A program made the translations under genes and the position numbers. A DNA stretch of 63,723 nucleotides from Octopus bimaculoides. Its lineage: Eukaryota. The stretch is taken from assembly GCF_001194135.2 (NCBI RefSeq), contig NC_068981.1:39417598-39481320 (forward strand). The letters run 5' to 3'. Positions 37,814-50,190 of this stretch are shown piece by piece. Below the pieces are notes generated by a model. That model saw only the letters and a program-made list of their open reading frames with translations, did no database searches and was not told the origin of the DNA. Every line of letters begins with the position of its first letter. Positions within the stretch are counted from its first letter, which is position 1.

Positions 37814-38758
37814 TGTTTGTATGTGTGTATGTGTATGAATGAGAGAATTCGTAATCACTGATTTGCTTGTCTCCCTTTTACACCTCTTACTTCTTGCTAA
37901 TCCTCTTTCTTTCAACTTAATTAATTGCTCCTTCTCTTTCTCCTTCTCTTTCTCCTTCTCTCAGCCTGTTGTAACTCCTTACATTATTCTCCCCTTTTTC
38001 TTTCTCTCTATTTTCTATCACCCTTTCCTCTCATCAATCACATTCTCTAATTTCTTACCCCTACACACCGAGACTTCTCCACCCCACTACATACACTTTT
38101 AATTCTTTTTCTCTGAATAAACAGAGATATATTGCAGTGTCTATGATGTAATCTTCAAATCTTGGGTAAATTATATTAGCTTAGAACCAGAATAAATAGA
38201 ACTATTAGTACCCATTATCTTTACTAGAAATTGAATTCAATTCATCTGGTATAAATGTTTTAAATATATATGAAACACAGTGTATTGGAATTCTATGAAT
38301 GTTTATAGCTGTGAATATATTCCCATTATGGAATTGCAAATATGCACCGTCTATTATCATTCAGATATTGGCTTTCATTTAATATTCTGACGTGTTATAT
38401 TTAATGGAAAGAAAGTTATATTGTAGTACATTACATCAGACTTGTTGAGGTGTAATCTTTGATTAATATTGTTTAGCCAACCTGTTGAAAACTATTACCT
38501 GCTTTACAGGGAAGTATTGTCTTAAAGATATTTTATTGTAGTTGCTGTTTCTATGCCCAGGTCAACCCTGGTTGATCAAAGACATGCAGATGTAACCATC
38601 TTATTGTACATAACCAAGACTACCTTAGCCAATATATTGTTTTTCTATGACATTAAAGATGGAATTAAGGCAGGGAGATTTGAATGCTATTTTTGCTACT
38701 CAGATGGTCACACAGACACTCTTTCATTGGTTCAAATATCATTTTCTTTGGTACAATA

Positions 38759-38885
38759 CAGGGTGTCCACAAAGTCTGGGTACATGAAGTAAATAAAATC
38801 ATAACATAAACAATTAAATATAAGAAATAATAATTTCTTTAAGTATGTGTTAATCTCCATGTACCCAGACTTTGTGGACACCCTG
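38759..38885. mobile_element. 127-bp Tc1/mariner MITE with perfect 28-bp TIRs
   Basis: TA|CAGGGTGTCCACAAAGTCTGGGTACATG ... CATGTACCCAGACTTTGTGGACACCCTG|TA. Confidence 0.95.
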
Positions 38886-38994
38886 TATTGCTGACTATTC
38901 ACCATGGTATATTACTCATATTAATAATTTATCATTCTTTCTGTTGGATCTATACAAAGAAATGAAATATTTATTTTAAAATTAATTGATAAAA

Positions 38995-39372
38995 TTCACA
39001 CACTTATTGCGGTGGTCCTTCAGTTTTTCTAAGCCCTGTAAAAGAACTTGGAAAGTTTGGCCTCTGACCAGGGTTTTCCCAATATTCTTCAAACCAGGAA
39101 CTTTTCAGCACCACTTCATATATATATATATATATATATATACACATGCACACACAAGGGGGTACTGGAAAGTTCCTGGCTTTGTGTAAAAGAAAATACA
39201 CTGGGATTAGTTAATTATGATTTAATTCAACATATACCCCTCTGAGATTCAGACACTTATTGCAGTGCTCCTTCAGTTTTTCGAAGCCCTCTAAAAGAAA
39301 TCAGAAGGCTGGGCCTCCAACCAAGCCTTTCACGATACCCTTAAAGCCAGGAAATTTTCAGTAACCCCTCAT
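38995..39372. mobile_element. Two tandem mariner-type MITE copies (one partial) separated by (TA)n
   Basis: Second copy has TIRs aggggtactggaaagttcctggcttt / aaagccaggaaattttcagtaacccctc. The shared internal block cacttattgc.gtg.tccttcagtttt is in both. Confidence 0.75.
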
Positions 39373-39523
39373 AGCTAAGTAAACTTGTAACATAAAGGGA
39401 TCCAGCATGGCTCATTCTTTCACAATAGTGTATTCAATCAAGACTCAAACACAAACACAAACACTTAAACACATACACATGCACGCACACACACACACAC
39501 ACACACACATGCACATGCACACA

Positions 39524-39571
<48 letters not shown>

Positions 39572-40005
39572 TACACAGAAATAAATATGCATCAAACTTA
39601 TAAGATAATGGTATCTAAGATAACAGAATGCCAANNNNNNNNNNNNNNNNNNNNNNNNNNNNNNNNNNNNNNNNNNNNNNNNNNNNNNNNNNNNNNNNNN
39701 NNNNNNNNNNNNNNNNNNNNNNNNNNNNNNNNNNNNNNNNNNNNNNNNNNNNNNNNNNNNNNNNNNNNNNNNNNNNNNNNNNNNNNNNNNNNNNNNNNNN
39801 NNNNNNNNNNNNNNNNNNNNNNNNNNNNNNNNNNNNNNNNNNNNNNNNNNNNNNNNNNNNNNNNNNNNNNNNNNNNNNNNNNNNNNNNNNNNNNNNNNNN
39901 NNNNNNNNNNNNNNNNNNNNNNNNNNNNNNNNNNNNNNNNNNNACACACATATATATGCATACATAATTATACATATATATATATGTGTGTATTTTTTGT
40001 TAATT

Positions 40006-40205
40006 TGTTTCAGTCATTTGACTGCGGCCATGCTGGAGCACCACCCTAAGGGGTTTTAGTCGAACAAATTCACCCCAGGATTTATTCTTTGTATGCCTAG
40101 TACTTATTCTATCAGGCTCTTTTGCCAAACTGCTAAGTTATGGGGACATAAGCACACCAACATCAGTTGTCAAGCAACGGTGGGGGGACAAACACAGACA
40201 CAGAA
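40006..40205 (-). mobile_element. SINE 3' segment (tgtttcagtcatttgactgcggccatgctggagcacc family)
   Basis: Recurs at about 47005-47185, 52205-52350, 58172-58375 and 63215-63345, and partially at 790-840 and 7210-7250. Confidence 0.8.
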
Positions 40206-40661
40206 ATGTATACATACATACATACATACATATATATATATATANNNNNNNNNNNNNNNNNNNNNNNNNNNNNNNNNNNNNNNNNNNNNNNNNNNNNNNN
40301 NNNNNNNNNNNNNNNNNNNNNNNNNNNNNNNNNNNNNNNNNNNNNNNNNNNNNNNNNNNNNNNNNNNNNNNNNNNNNNNNNNNNNNNNNNNNNNNNNNNN
40401 NNNNNNNNNNNNNNNNNNNNNNNNNNNNNNNNNNNNNNNNNNNNNNNNNNNNNNNNNNNNNNNNNNNNNNNNNNNNNNNNNNNNNNNNNNNNNNNNNNNN
40501 NNNNNNNNNNNNNNNNNNNNNNNNNNNNNNNNNNNNNNNNNNNNNNNNNNNNNNNNNNNNNNNNNNNNNNNNNNNNNNNNNNNNNNNNNNNNNNNNNNNN
40601 NNNNNNNNNNNNNNNNNNNNNNNNNNNNNNNNNNNNNNNNNNNNNNNNNNNNNNNNNNNNN

Positions 40662-40717
<56 letters not shown>

Positions 40718-42976
40718 ATACATATACATAACTATGTATATCATCATCCTCATCATTATTTTTGGCTGTGCTTTTCCCTGCTAGAATAGGTTGGAAATGA
40801 ATTTTTTGAGGCAGAACTTTATGGTTAGATGGCTTTCCTGGAGGTAATTTATTATTTGTCTCCTTACACCATGCAGAAATATGGTCGACTGATCCTAAAA
40901 TCAACAAAATGCATTATATTTAACATATGATACTCTTTCACAGGATTTCCACTTATTACTCACAAAGTGTTGGTTAACCCATGTCTACACTAACAGATAT
41001 TAGACAAAGGTAATGCACAGTGAGAACAAATATGAAATTATGAGATAGCAAATTAAATTCTGTATCTACATGGTTATTCCAGTACTTATTTGAAATATTT
41101 GCCTTTGAACTTTAATTGTTAAATCTGTGTCACCAGATGATTTATTTTCATGTTGAAAGATATGCATGGTGATTGTGCCATGTAAAAAGCACCCATGCTG
41201 GGCTGCATAAAAATCACCCATGCTGGTGCCAGGTAAAAAGCATCCAGCACACTCTGTGAGTAGAAAGGGCATCCAGTTGCATATACCAAACCAAATCACA
41301 CTGGTACCTGGTGTAGCTCTCCAGCTTTCCAGCCCTGATCAAACCATCCTATCCATGTCAGCATCGAAGACAGACATTAAATAATGATGATGATGACATA
41401 AAAAGTTAAGTTTAGAAGATACATATAGTTTTAACTGCACCAAAGTTGATGAGACCCAATTAAGATAAAATCACATTCTTTCAGTTGTCAAACTCACATG
41501 TTCTTGTGTTATGGGCTCCAAATTGTATAATAAGGCAAACATGCCATTTTTGATATATATATATATATATATACAATAAATTAATGTATATGTTGTTGTA
41601 TATACATGTGCATAATATATATAGCAAGTAATGATATACATGGAAAGTCACTCTGTGTGCTAATGATAATATATAATCTTTCACAACCTGTTACATATTT
41701 GGGTCATTGGCAATATAACTGACACCCTAACAAGACCAATCTGATGAGGAAGGCTGCCAGAAACCCATCAATGAAAAAGCAAGATATCTGGTAATAGGGT
41801 AAATCATAATAGGCAGGTATTATTTTAGAAAATTTCCAAAAGATTGCTCCATAAAAAGTCATGTATTCTGCCTTAGTCTAGCAAAAAAAGAGTAGACTTG
41901 TTAAAAAGATATCAATTATGGCAGCAGGTGGTTTGATGTATTATATCAAGATCACATATACCAGTACACCACTGATTTTCTGGCAGTCTGTCAACTCCTT
42001 TGATCCAGATAATTAACAAGGGGAAACTTGACATTCCTATGGTTACCAGTCTACTTCACTGTATGGCCACAGAAGGTACTGTATAGTCCATGGATTTACT
42101 TGTCTTATTTACACTAAATTTGTTAGTAGTGATACCAAAATTTTGAGAGATCTCCTGCTTATTCAGCTTAAGGTTATTATTAGCTGTAGCAACTACAGGT
42201 GAGAAACCTGAGAGCATCAATGAAATGCAAATACTACTCCATATCAAACCAGGATAAAGTAGCTAAGCTATGTGGTATCTATGGCGTTGGTTAAGAGGTT
42301 AGGGGTGTATCTATAAAATGTAATTACAGGACCAAAAATGGTTCTGCAAAACAGTTAATCAATCAAGGTTTTGGAGCCAGGGATGTTGGAAAATCAGTGG
42401 TGTAGCTGTACTACATTGTATGTTTAAGGTTATGTCTGTGATTTGCTTTGGTGTACATTTGATATTAATAACCAAAATGGAAAATGTGATGGTAAAAGCA
42501 ATCACACTCAATCTGTAGCAAGGGTCCTATCTTTCTGGTTGTCTGCAGTTAAATCATAATCTTTGTTACCAAGCACAAGAAAGAGTCCATCAATATGTTG
42601 ATATAGTATATAATTTTACAGAATATACGAGTGTTGTATTAATAACAACTGTTAATTAGAATGATACATATTTTAATTAAGAGTTGAAATATTTAATGGA
42701 AAGAAATTTTTGCTACTGAACAATATATTAGACTTGCTGAATTAGCATAGAATTAATGGTATTCCAATAAAATTACCATATTTTTAAAAAACTGACTTAA
42801 ACTTATACTTTGTGCAATTCTTAATTACTTTCCTCCATGCAATACATTTCTTTCATTCTTTTTTTTTTTTTTTTCAAAATGGAATATTCTGGAAAACAGA
42901 TTTGTGTAAGAACATATTTCTNNNNNNNNNNAACATATTTCTTTCTATTGTTCAACTCATTTTCAGCAAGTATGTA

Positions 42977-43021
<45 letters not shown>

Positions 43022-43260
43022 ATGTGTGTGTGCATGTGTGTGTGCATGCATGTGTGTTTGTGTGTTTTGGTGTGCATGTGTCTTTGGGTGTGTGTGTGTG
43101 CATCCACACATGTGCACTGATGATTAAGTATGTGTCTGTATGATTGCATGTGTGTGTTTGTGTGTATATACATTTTATACTAAATTATTGTAGACAGACA
43201 AATAAAATGTTCATTTTCTAATCAATCCATTTATTTATCAATATATATATATATTTATCA

Positions 43261-43557
43261 GAATTATGGAGATGTACTTGCATAGCAAGTGACCTGATCT
43301 GAGATCGTGTGCTGGAACAAAAACAATTGCAGCATGGAAGGTGTTTATAAGCCATTTAAAATAACACACAAAAGCAGTTAGATTCACTTCAACATTTAAA
43401 TTTAATTTGTCAAAATATTTTCATCACTTTGAGACCACGACCTGTTCACTGACAAAATTCTTTACAGCACAGAATTTTGCAGTGATATGCAGCACAGAAT
43501 TTTTTCAGTGAACAGGTCGTGGTCTCAAAGCGACGAAAATATTTTGACGAGTTAAAT
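43261..43557. mobile_element. Penelope-like repeat with inverted (fold-back) arms, truncated by an N-gap
   Basis: 43397-43460 and 43496-43557 are reverse complements (atttaatttgtcaaaatattttc..tttgagaccacgacctgttcactga / tcagtgaacaggtcgtggtctcaaagcgacgaaaatattttgac). A decayed second copy lies at about 46690-46900. The Penelope call is inference. Confidence 0.55.
43501..43551 (+). ncRNA. Core-variant minimal hammerhead-like motif (G3:C8), with a mirrored copy on the - strand at 43406-43456
   Basis: stem I-GTGAACA-G-GTCGT/GCGAC stem II-GAAA-ATAT palindrome-TT-stem I'. The minus copy has a perfect 7-bp stem I, TTTGTCA/TGACAAA. Confidence 0.4.
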
Positions 43558-46500
43558 NNNNNNNNNNNNNNNNNNNNNNNNNNNNNNNNNNNNNNNNNNN
43601 NNNNNNNNNNNNNNNNNNNNNNNNNNNNNNNNNNNNNNNNNNNNNNNNNNNNNNNNNNNNNNNNNNNNNNNNNNNNNNNNNNNNNNNNNNNNNNNNNNNN
43701 NNNNNNNNNNNNNNNNNNNNNNNNNNNNNNNNNNNNNNNNNNNNNNNNNNNNNNNNNNNNNNNNNNNNNNNNNNNNNNNNNNNNNNNNNNNNNNNNNNNN
43801 NNNNNNNNNNNNNNNATATATATATATATATATGTATATGTAGGGGAGAATCCACAAAAAACAAAAAAGAAAGACGAAGACAGGTGGTGTAGACAACAAA
43901 CAGACAAGATCATATAACCTCCAAGACTCATACATTTAGTTGTGGTCACTGACTGACTGATGGACTTCCAAGAAATTATTTATTTTATCATTTTATTTTC
44001 TGAAATCTTTTTAAGTCAAAAATAAATTCCAAAGTATCAATATTTAACAAAATGCAGGTAAACTTTGTAATTTGCATATAAAGCAATTATGCAAATTATT
44101 CAAAAGAAAAAAATTCAATAACATTCTCTTTTGAATTAATATTTTATTTTCAGTGTTTTGAAAAATACTGGAAAATTTTAATGAATGTTTTTTTGTTCTA
44201 ATAATAGCAATTTCAACAATTACATGCTTACATGTATGTATGCATACATATGTATGTATGTATGAATGCATATATGTATACATAAATGCATGCATACATA
44301 TCAACATGCATACATGTATACATATATACATACATAGATGTTGTTATTATAGCACCTTGAAGCATACTATCTCTGAATAATTTAGTGTGCCTGGAAAATG
44401 GATCTCTTTCTCTCTCTCTCTCCCTTCCTCTCTCTCTACCTCCCTCCCTCTCTTTCTCTCTCTTGAGTTACCTCTCTTGTCACCCAACACCTCTTCTTAT
44501 TTTTATTTTGCTACCGACCCTTACACTTCTGGAATACCCTCTTGCCTTTCTTGCTCTTGCTGCACCCATCCTCTATATCCCTTCTACCTCTATCTCTCTC
44601 TTTCCTCTTCTTCTCCATTGCTTCCTCATCTATAGTGTTTTTGGACATTTGCACTCTGTTCTTTCTTTTTTTCTTACAGTATCTAATTCTCACCTCCCTC
44701 TCTCACTGCCTCCTTTTTTCTTGCAGCCTCTCCCCAATAGTTTCCCAGCCTTTCCAACACCCAACACCATTTCTCAACACTTCCACTCTGACCACCAGCA
44801 CAACCCCACCACTCTTCTCTTTCTTTCAATAACTCACTCAGGATTACTTACCACTTTAGCCTGTTACTCTCTTCAAGTCACCCTTTCCCTCATACTTTCT
44901 CTCCATACTCACCACTTATTATATTCCATAACCCTAAAGACTCCTTTACACAATCAACACTGTCACCTTCCTAACTTTATTCATCCCTTTTCCTGTAAGC
45001 TTGTCCCTAATCTCTCTCCTCTCCTTTGTCATGCTCTTCACCCTTCCTTCTTACTTACCACTCCCTCATTGCTCCACTACTGACTATCACACATTCTCTT
45101 CTATTCTCTTAGAATTATAGAGATCACTTTTGGATCTTAGACTTGCAAGATGTCATGCAGTCATCACTAGTGGTAATGCCACAAAGAATGTACCCAGTAC
45201 ATTGTCAGTTTCTTGTTACAAAATACGCAGTCTGCCATGATGACTCTAAAAAGAAAATGGTTATATAATAATATAGGCCTACAGACAGACGTTATGGGAA
45301 AATCTACATGTAGTTATAAATATTACTACCTATAATGATGTCATACATGCAGCACAGTCATCCCAACTTTAGAATCCAATACTTGGACATGTCATATCCT
45401 AAGCACTTCTTATACCAATCGTATAGCAAATACAATGCCGGTTAAGGGTTAAGAGTATAGGGCAGCCCCAAATCTCTTGGCAGACATTTCCATGTGAAAG
45501 ATATACCAGAAAAACATAGGTTAGAACACCAAAAATGTCTTGATAGCTTCATAAGAAGTGTTGCTGTGCCTGTCTGTACCTTGCTTGTCTAATCCTGAAA
45601 TCCAAAAGTTCACCCCTGAACAAAAATATTGTTCCACTCAAAAGATTTTGTGGGATTTTCAGTATATCATGAAGGGTACCCTACTGAACAAATCCCAACA
45701 GCTTTCATTTCTGTTGCAATTAGAGGTGAGTTTTGGGGAATACCAGCTAATTTGACAGGACTATTCTGGTAATTCAATATTGCTTTCCAGATATGTAACT
45801 AGCTGTTCTTGAGGGCTTGATTTTTTTCTTGTCTGGAGGCATCTCATAAGCCTATAATTTTGTGGCTGTATGGTGTTTATATTTTGGGGTACTCAAATAG
45901 TTTTTCATTCTAAAATTCCTGTCAGGTGTTGATTATGATCTTCTTACCATTTAACTAAATGCTTCTACTATATGGTCATGGGTACTGGTAAGTTTAAGTT
46001 GGAAGTTGGAGACTTCTCATATTTTTCAATTCCTAGCAGTTTGCATTGTGTCAGTGATTTCTTTACTAGTGTGGGTGGGCCACATCTGTGATGCTATTGA
46101 GCTTTCTTCTCTTCTTATCTATTTTTGTTTTGTTTGTCTTTTCTGCTCAGTATGTCTGAATTTCTGATATTGTTGATACACTATTTACTATTGTGTTTTG
46201 TTTTTTTTGTTGATGTTTTTGAAAGTTCTTATAAGTATTTCCTCCAAATTCTATATTTTCTTGGAAGAAGTATTCACATTTTTCACAGCATTTTATGTTA
46301 CAAGTTTTTGCTGCTGCTATGCTCTGCTTCAGATTATCTTTATTTCCAAAGTGTCCTGCTTTATTTTTATGTTGTAGTTATTTTCTTTTCCAAGTTTACA
46401 TATGTTTTCCTTTTCCGTGCTATTATTATTATTATTATTATTATTATTGTTGTTATTATTGTAGGTGGTGGTGGTGATGGTGGTGGGAATATAGTAGTTG

Positions 46501-47592
46501 ATTTAATTGATTCAATACTTGACTGCTCTTGATTTTATTAACCTCAAAAAGATGAAAAGCAAATTCATCCTTGGCAGGATTTATACTCTGTAACTAGAAA
46601 GCAGAAGGCTTGTCAGTCTAAGGATTCTGCTATCCACTGCTCTTGAAAATACTTAATATTAATATCTCTATTTACTTTTTGAGTTGTAATAGTCTAGCAA
46701 GTGAATTGATCTGAGACTGTCTGTTGAAACTGAAGCAACTACATCATGGAAGAGTTGTTTAATAACACACAAAGTTGTAAAATTCTCTTTAAATTTATTT
46801 CATGAGGCATCAAAATTTCATAGGACAACTGTGACCTGTTCACTAACACAGTTTCATGGCAGTGGAACTTTGTCAGTGATGGCTCATGAAATAAATCTAA
46901 ATAGCTTTGTGTGTTATTAAATGGTTCTATATTTACATACATTTTTTCTACTTCTATATATGTATCTCTTGACGTTTTATCTTTTTACTTATTCCAGTTA
47001 TTAAACTGCAGTCATGTTGGGGCACTGCCTTGAAGAATTTTTGTTGAGTGAATCAACCCCAATACTTGATTTTTTAAACCTGATACTTTTCCATCAGTCC
47101 TTTTGCCAAACCACAAAGTTATGGGGACAGAAACACACCCACACTGGTTGTCAAGCAGTGGTGGGGAACAAACACAGATGCACACACACACACACACACA
47201 GTAGTATATATGCATATACAATGGACTTCTTTCAGATTTTGTCTATAATACTGAAATCTAATAACATTATTTCTTAAGAGGTAGAATGTAAACTAAGAAT
47301 GTTATGGTAATTATTATTGATTAATAGATTTTCTTAGTTTTAGTATTTCAAGTATATTAAATATCTCTACAACTTCAAGATAGTGTGCAACTATCTTTTC
47401 ATTCCTTAATTTTCAGCACACTTTATTTCTTAATCCGTTCTATAACACCTTTCTTTCTTTCTTATCAATAATGTTCTATAGTTTCTTTCTGTAACACTCT
47501 GAGAATTCTTTCCCACTTCTTTTACTTATTACTATTGTTACTAATCTACTGTAATGAAGTACAGCTCTTTACCATTTTATAACATAACATAA

Positions 47593-48700
47593 TTGTTAAC
47601 TTGATTAATTTTGGGGATCTTCCAAAACTGGGAAATGTTTTTCTTTATCTTCCCTCTTATGTTGGTTGTTATAACTACCAAGAATTCTAAACACACATTA
47701 GCCAGCTGGGTTCTTGCCATATTATAGCAACAATGTTTGTTTGTGGATAGGTTTCTGTTTATTGTGGGCATAATGAAGAAACTGGTAGCATACTGTTTTC
47801 AGACAAGTTGACACATCCAGCTGGATATATTTAAAGACACACAGATTACAGAAAATCTTCTTCTACATTTAATCATTACTTCATTATAATTTTGGCTGCT
47901 AAATAGTACAGCTAAATACTTGCACAAACACTGCCTTAGGATAAACCACTTCCACTTCACTACTAATTCATTTATCAACTGGAAATACTGTCATCTCTTA
48001 TAAGGATTCTGTCTTGTTAAAGCAGTGTGTTGTTTGGAAACAAATGATTCATAGAATCATGCCTCCAAACTTAATGATCTTGTAAATAATTCTGGTGGGA
48101 TAAATGGAAATTAATAAATATTTATATTTGAGTAGCACTACTGACACATTAATATCACTGACTATATCAATAAAAGAAATAAAAACTTTACCAATTGGCA
48201 GCAATTTGCTCACCAATACATTACAAACGCTGACTCTCAGAGGCATTGTTTCCTGTATCTTTGCCTCTTTTTACTATTGCCACAAGAAGCTTCTGCTCGT
48301 CTGAATAAACAGACTGTCTATCATATCCAATCATCTTACCTGATGTATTTGTCACTCCTCTTCTCATCACTACTATTGCATTTTATGAAGCACCACACTA
48401 ACCACATTATTACCTTACCCTTTCCCAGGACTACAGTCTTGTGAAATTTTTCCCTCCAGCGAAACAGTGATAACTGTTAACTGGATTAATTTGTGGGGCT
48501 TTTCCATAGTTTTTCTGCAGCTTCCCAAATATATCTGCAGTTATAACTATTTGATTTCAGGAATTCTAAATAAACATCAGCCTGCTGGGTTCTTGCCATA
48601 TTTTAGTGTTGTTGCTGTTTGTGGATAGATTTCTATTTATTGTGAATATAATGAACAAACTGGTATCATATTGTATTTTCACAAGTTTACATATCCTCCC
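47593..48700. repeat. Pair of diverged ~225-bp direct repeats about 880 bp apart
   Basis: 47593-47820 and 48475-48700 share tgttaact.gattaattt.tgggg, gttataacta, gaattctaaa.a.acat.agcc.gctgggttcttgccatatt and tttgtggatag.tttct.tttattgtg..ataatgaa.aaactggta.cata.tgt. Confidence 0.8.
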
Positions 48701-49009
48701 TTTCTACTTCATGACCAGGCATTTCATGAGCACCAAACTATACAAATTCTGGCTGAAAATCAATAGCATTAACTACCATGACCTTACTAATTTCAAAGGT
48801 TCTCCAAAAGTCATTAACTCAAGCTTATCTACTCTACAAAATTAAAAATATAATTTCCAACATTTGATCAATTTATAGATAACACCACCAGAGTTTAGAA
48901 TTATTAATGAACAGTCATTTTATGAGAACATTAGAAAAATTGCAAATTTTGAATATGAATGCAAATATTTGAATATTTTATCAGTACTTAATACATTCAA
49001 ATAAATGAG

Positions 49010-49400
49010 GTAGTGAGATATCCTAAGTTAATAACATCTTGGATCAATGAAGGAGCATGAGTCAATGAGCTAATCTCAACCACTAAGGGATCCTGAGTCA
49101 ATGAGGTAGTCAGAGCTACCAAGAGAGCTCAAGTAAATGGAATAGCCTGAGTCATGAAGGGAACCTGAGTCATGAAGGGAACCTGAGTCATGAAGGGAAC
49201 CTGAGCCAATGAAGTAGCCTGACTCAGTGAGGTAGCTTGAGCCATCATAGGAACCTAAGTCAATGAAGCAGCCTAAATCAATGAAGTAGCCAGAATCAAT
49301 GAGGCAGCAGGAGTCAATGAGGTAGCTGGCCTAAGCCATCAGGCTAAGAATCAATTAGGTAGTTTGAATCAATGAAACAGCCTGAGTAAGTGAGGTAACT
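49010..49400. repeat. Degenerate 18-bp minisatellite (consensus CCTGAGTCAATGAGGTAG)
   Basis: Three exact cctgagtcatgaagggaa units at 18-bp period (TGAGTCA at 49148, 49166, 49184) plus many diverged units. Confidence 0.85.
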
Positions 49401-50140
49401 TACCCTGGGTCAATAAGAAAATATATATAGTGTTTATATTTCATCTCCCTTCCCCACTCTTTACTTATAAAACAAAGACATATTGGGCAGTGTAATCCTT
49501 CATATTCTTAATCAAAGATCTGCTGACCTCAAGTTAAGCAACACTGACACCAAAAACATCAACAAAGTACAATTTAAATAAAGAACAAACCCCTGCTTCA
49601 AATATGACTTTCACATAAATAACCATTTTCTATGCAATTAAAAAATAATTATTCCTGAAATGCAGAAGCAATGGACTTTTCATAAAACATATTTCGATAG
49701 ATCTTGATTTATAAATTTTATTTTTGAAAGTTTATGCTAAAAGTTGAATTTAATTTTTAGAAATAACAATGATATTTTATTTAGTAGCTGTTTTCTTTTC
49801 TTTTCTTTTCTTTTTGTTTTGGTTTTCATTTATGATTATAGGCTTATGATTTTTAAAGCATACATAATTACTGTATCAAATATTTTTTATACCTTTCTGT
49901 GTGAGTTGGACCATAAATGAAATCAAAGCAATAATTCCAGCTGTAAGTAAATTGATTCTTTAATGAAAGAGCTTCAAACATCTGTATTCACCTTTAGTTA
50001 ATCAATAATTCTGTAAACCTGGATTCAATTCAGGGAAACATACAAGAAGCACTTGAACATATAACTGTGAGACACCTGCTAGATATACATCATATTAGTC
50101 AGTTGGAAGTAGACTTTTTTTTTATGGAGATTTCACTTAC

Positions 50141-50190
50141 TTATTAAGAGTACTATTCCTTTTGCCATGTGCAACAACATTAATAATACT
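50141..50190 (-). other. Candidate exon C (SIINVVAHGKRNSTLN)
   Basis: Acceptor gcttttcag, donor |gtaagt, phase 0>2. Confidence 0.25.

Noticed and set aside
48585-48605. MARTQ start resembling histone H3 (MARTKQ)
   Set aside because: Similarity ends after 4-6 codons and there is no histone fold.
49140-49200. Regular 18-bp repeats, and the 25-bp triplet at about 33835, as CRISPR-like arrays
   Set aside because: Head-to-tail tandem repeats with no unique spacers, no cas genes, in a eukaryotic context.
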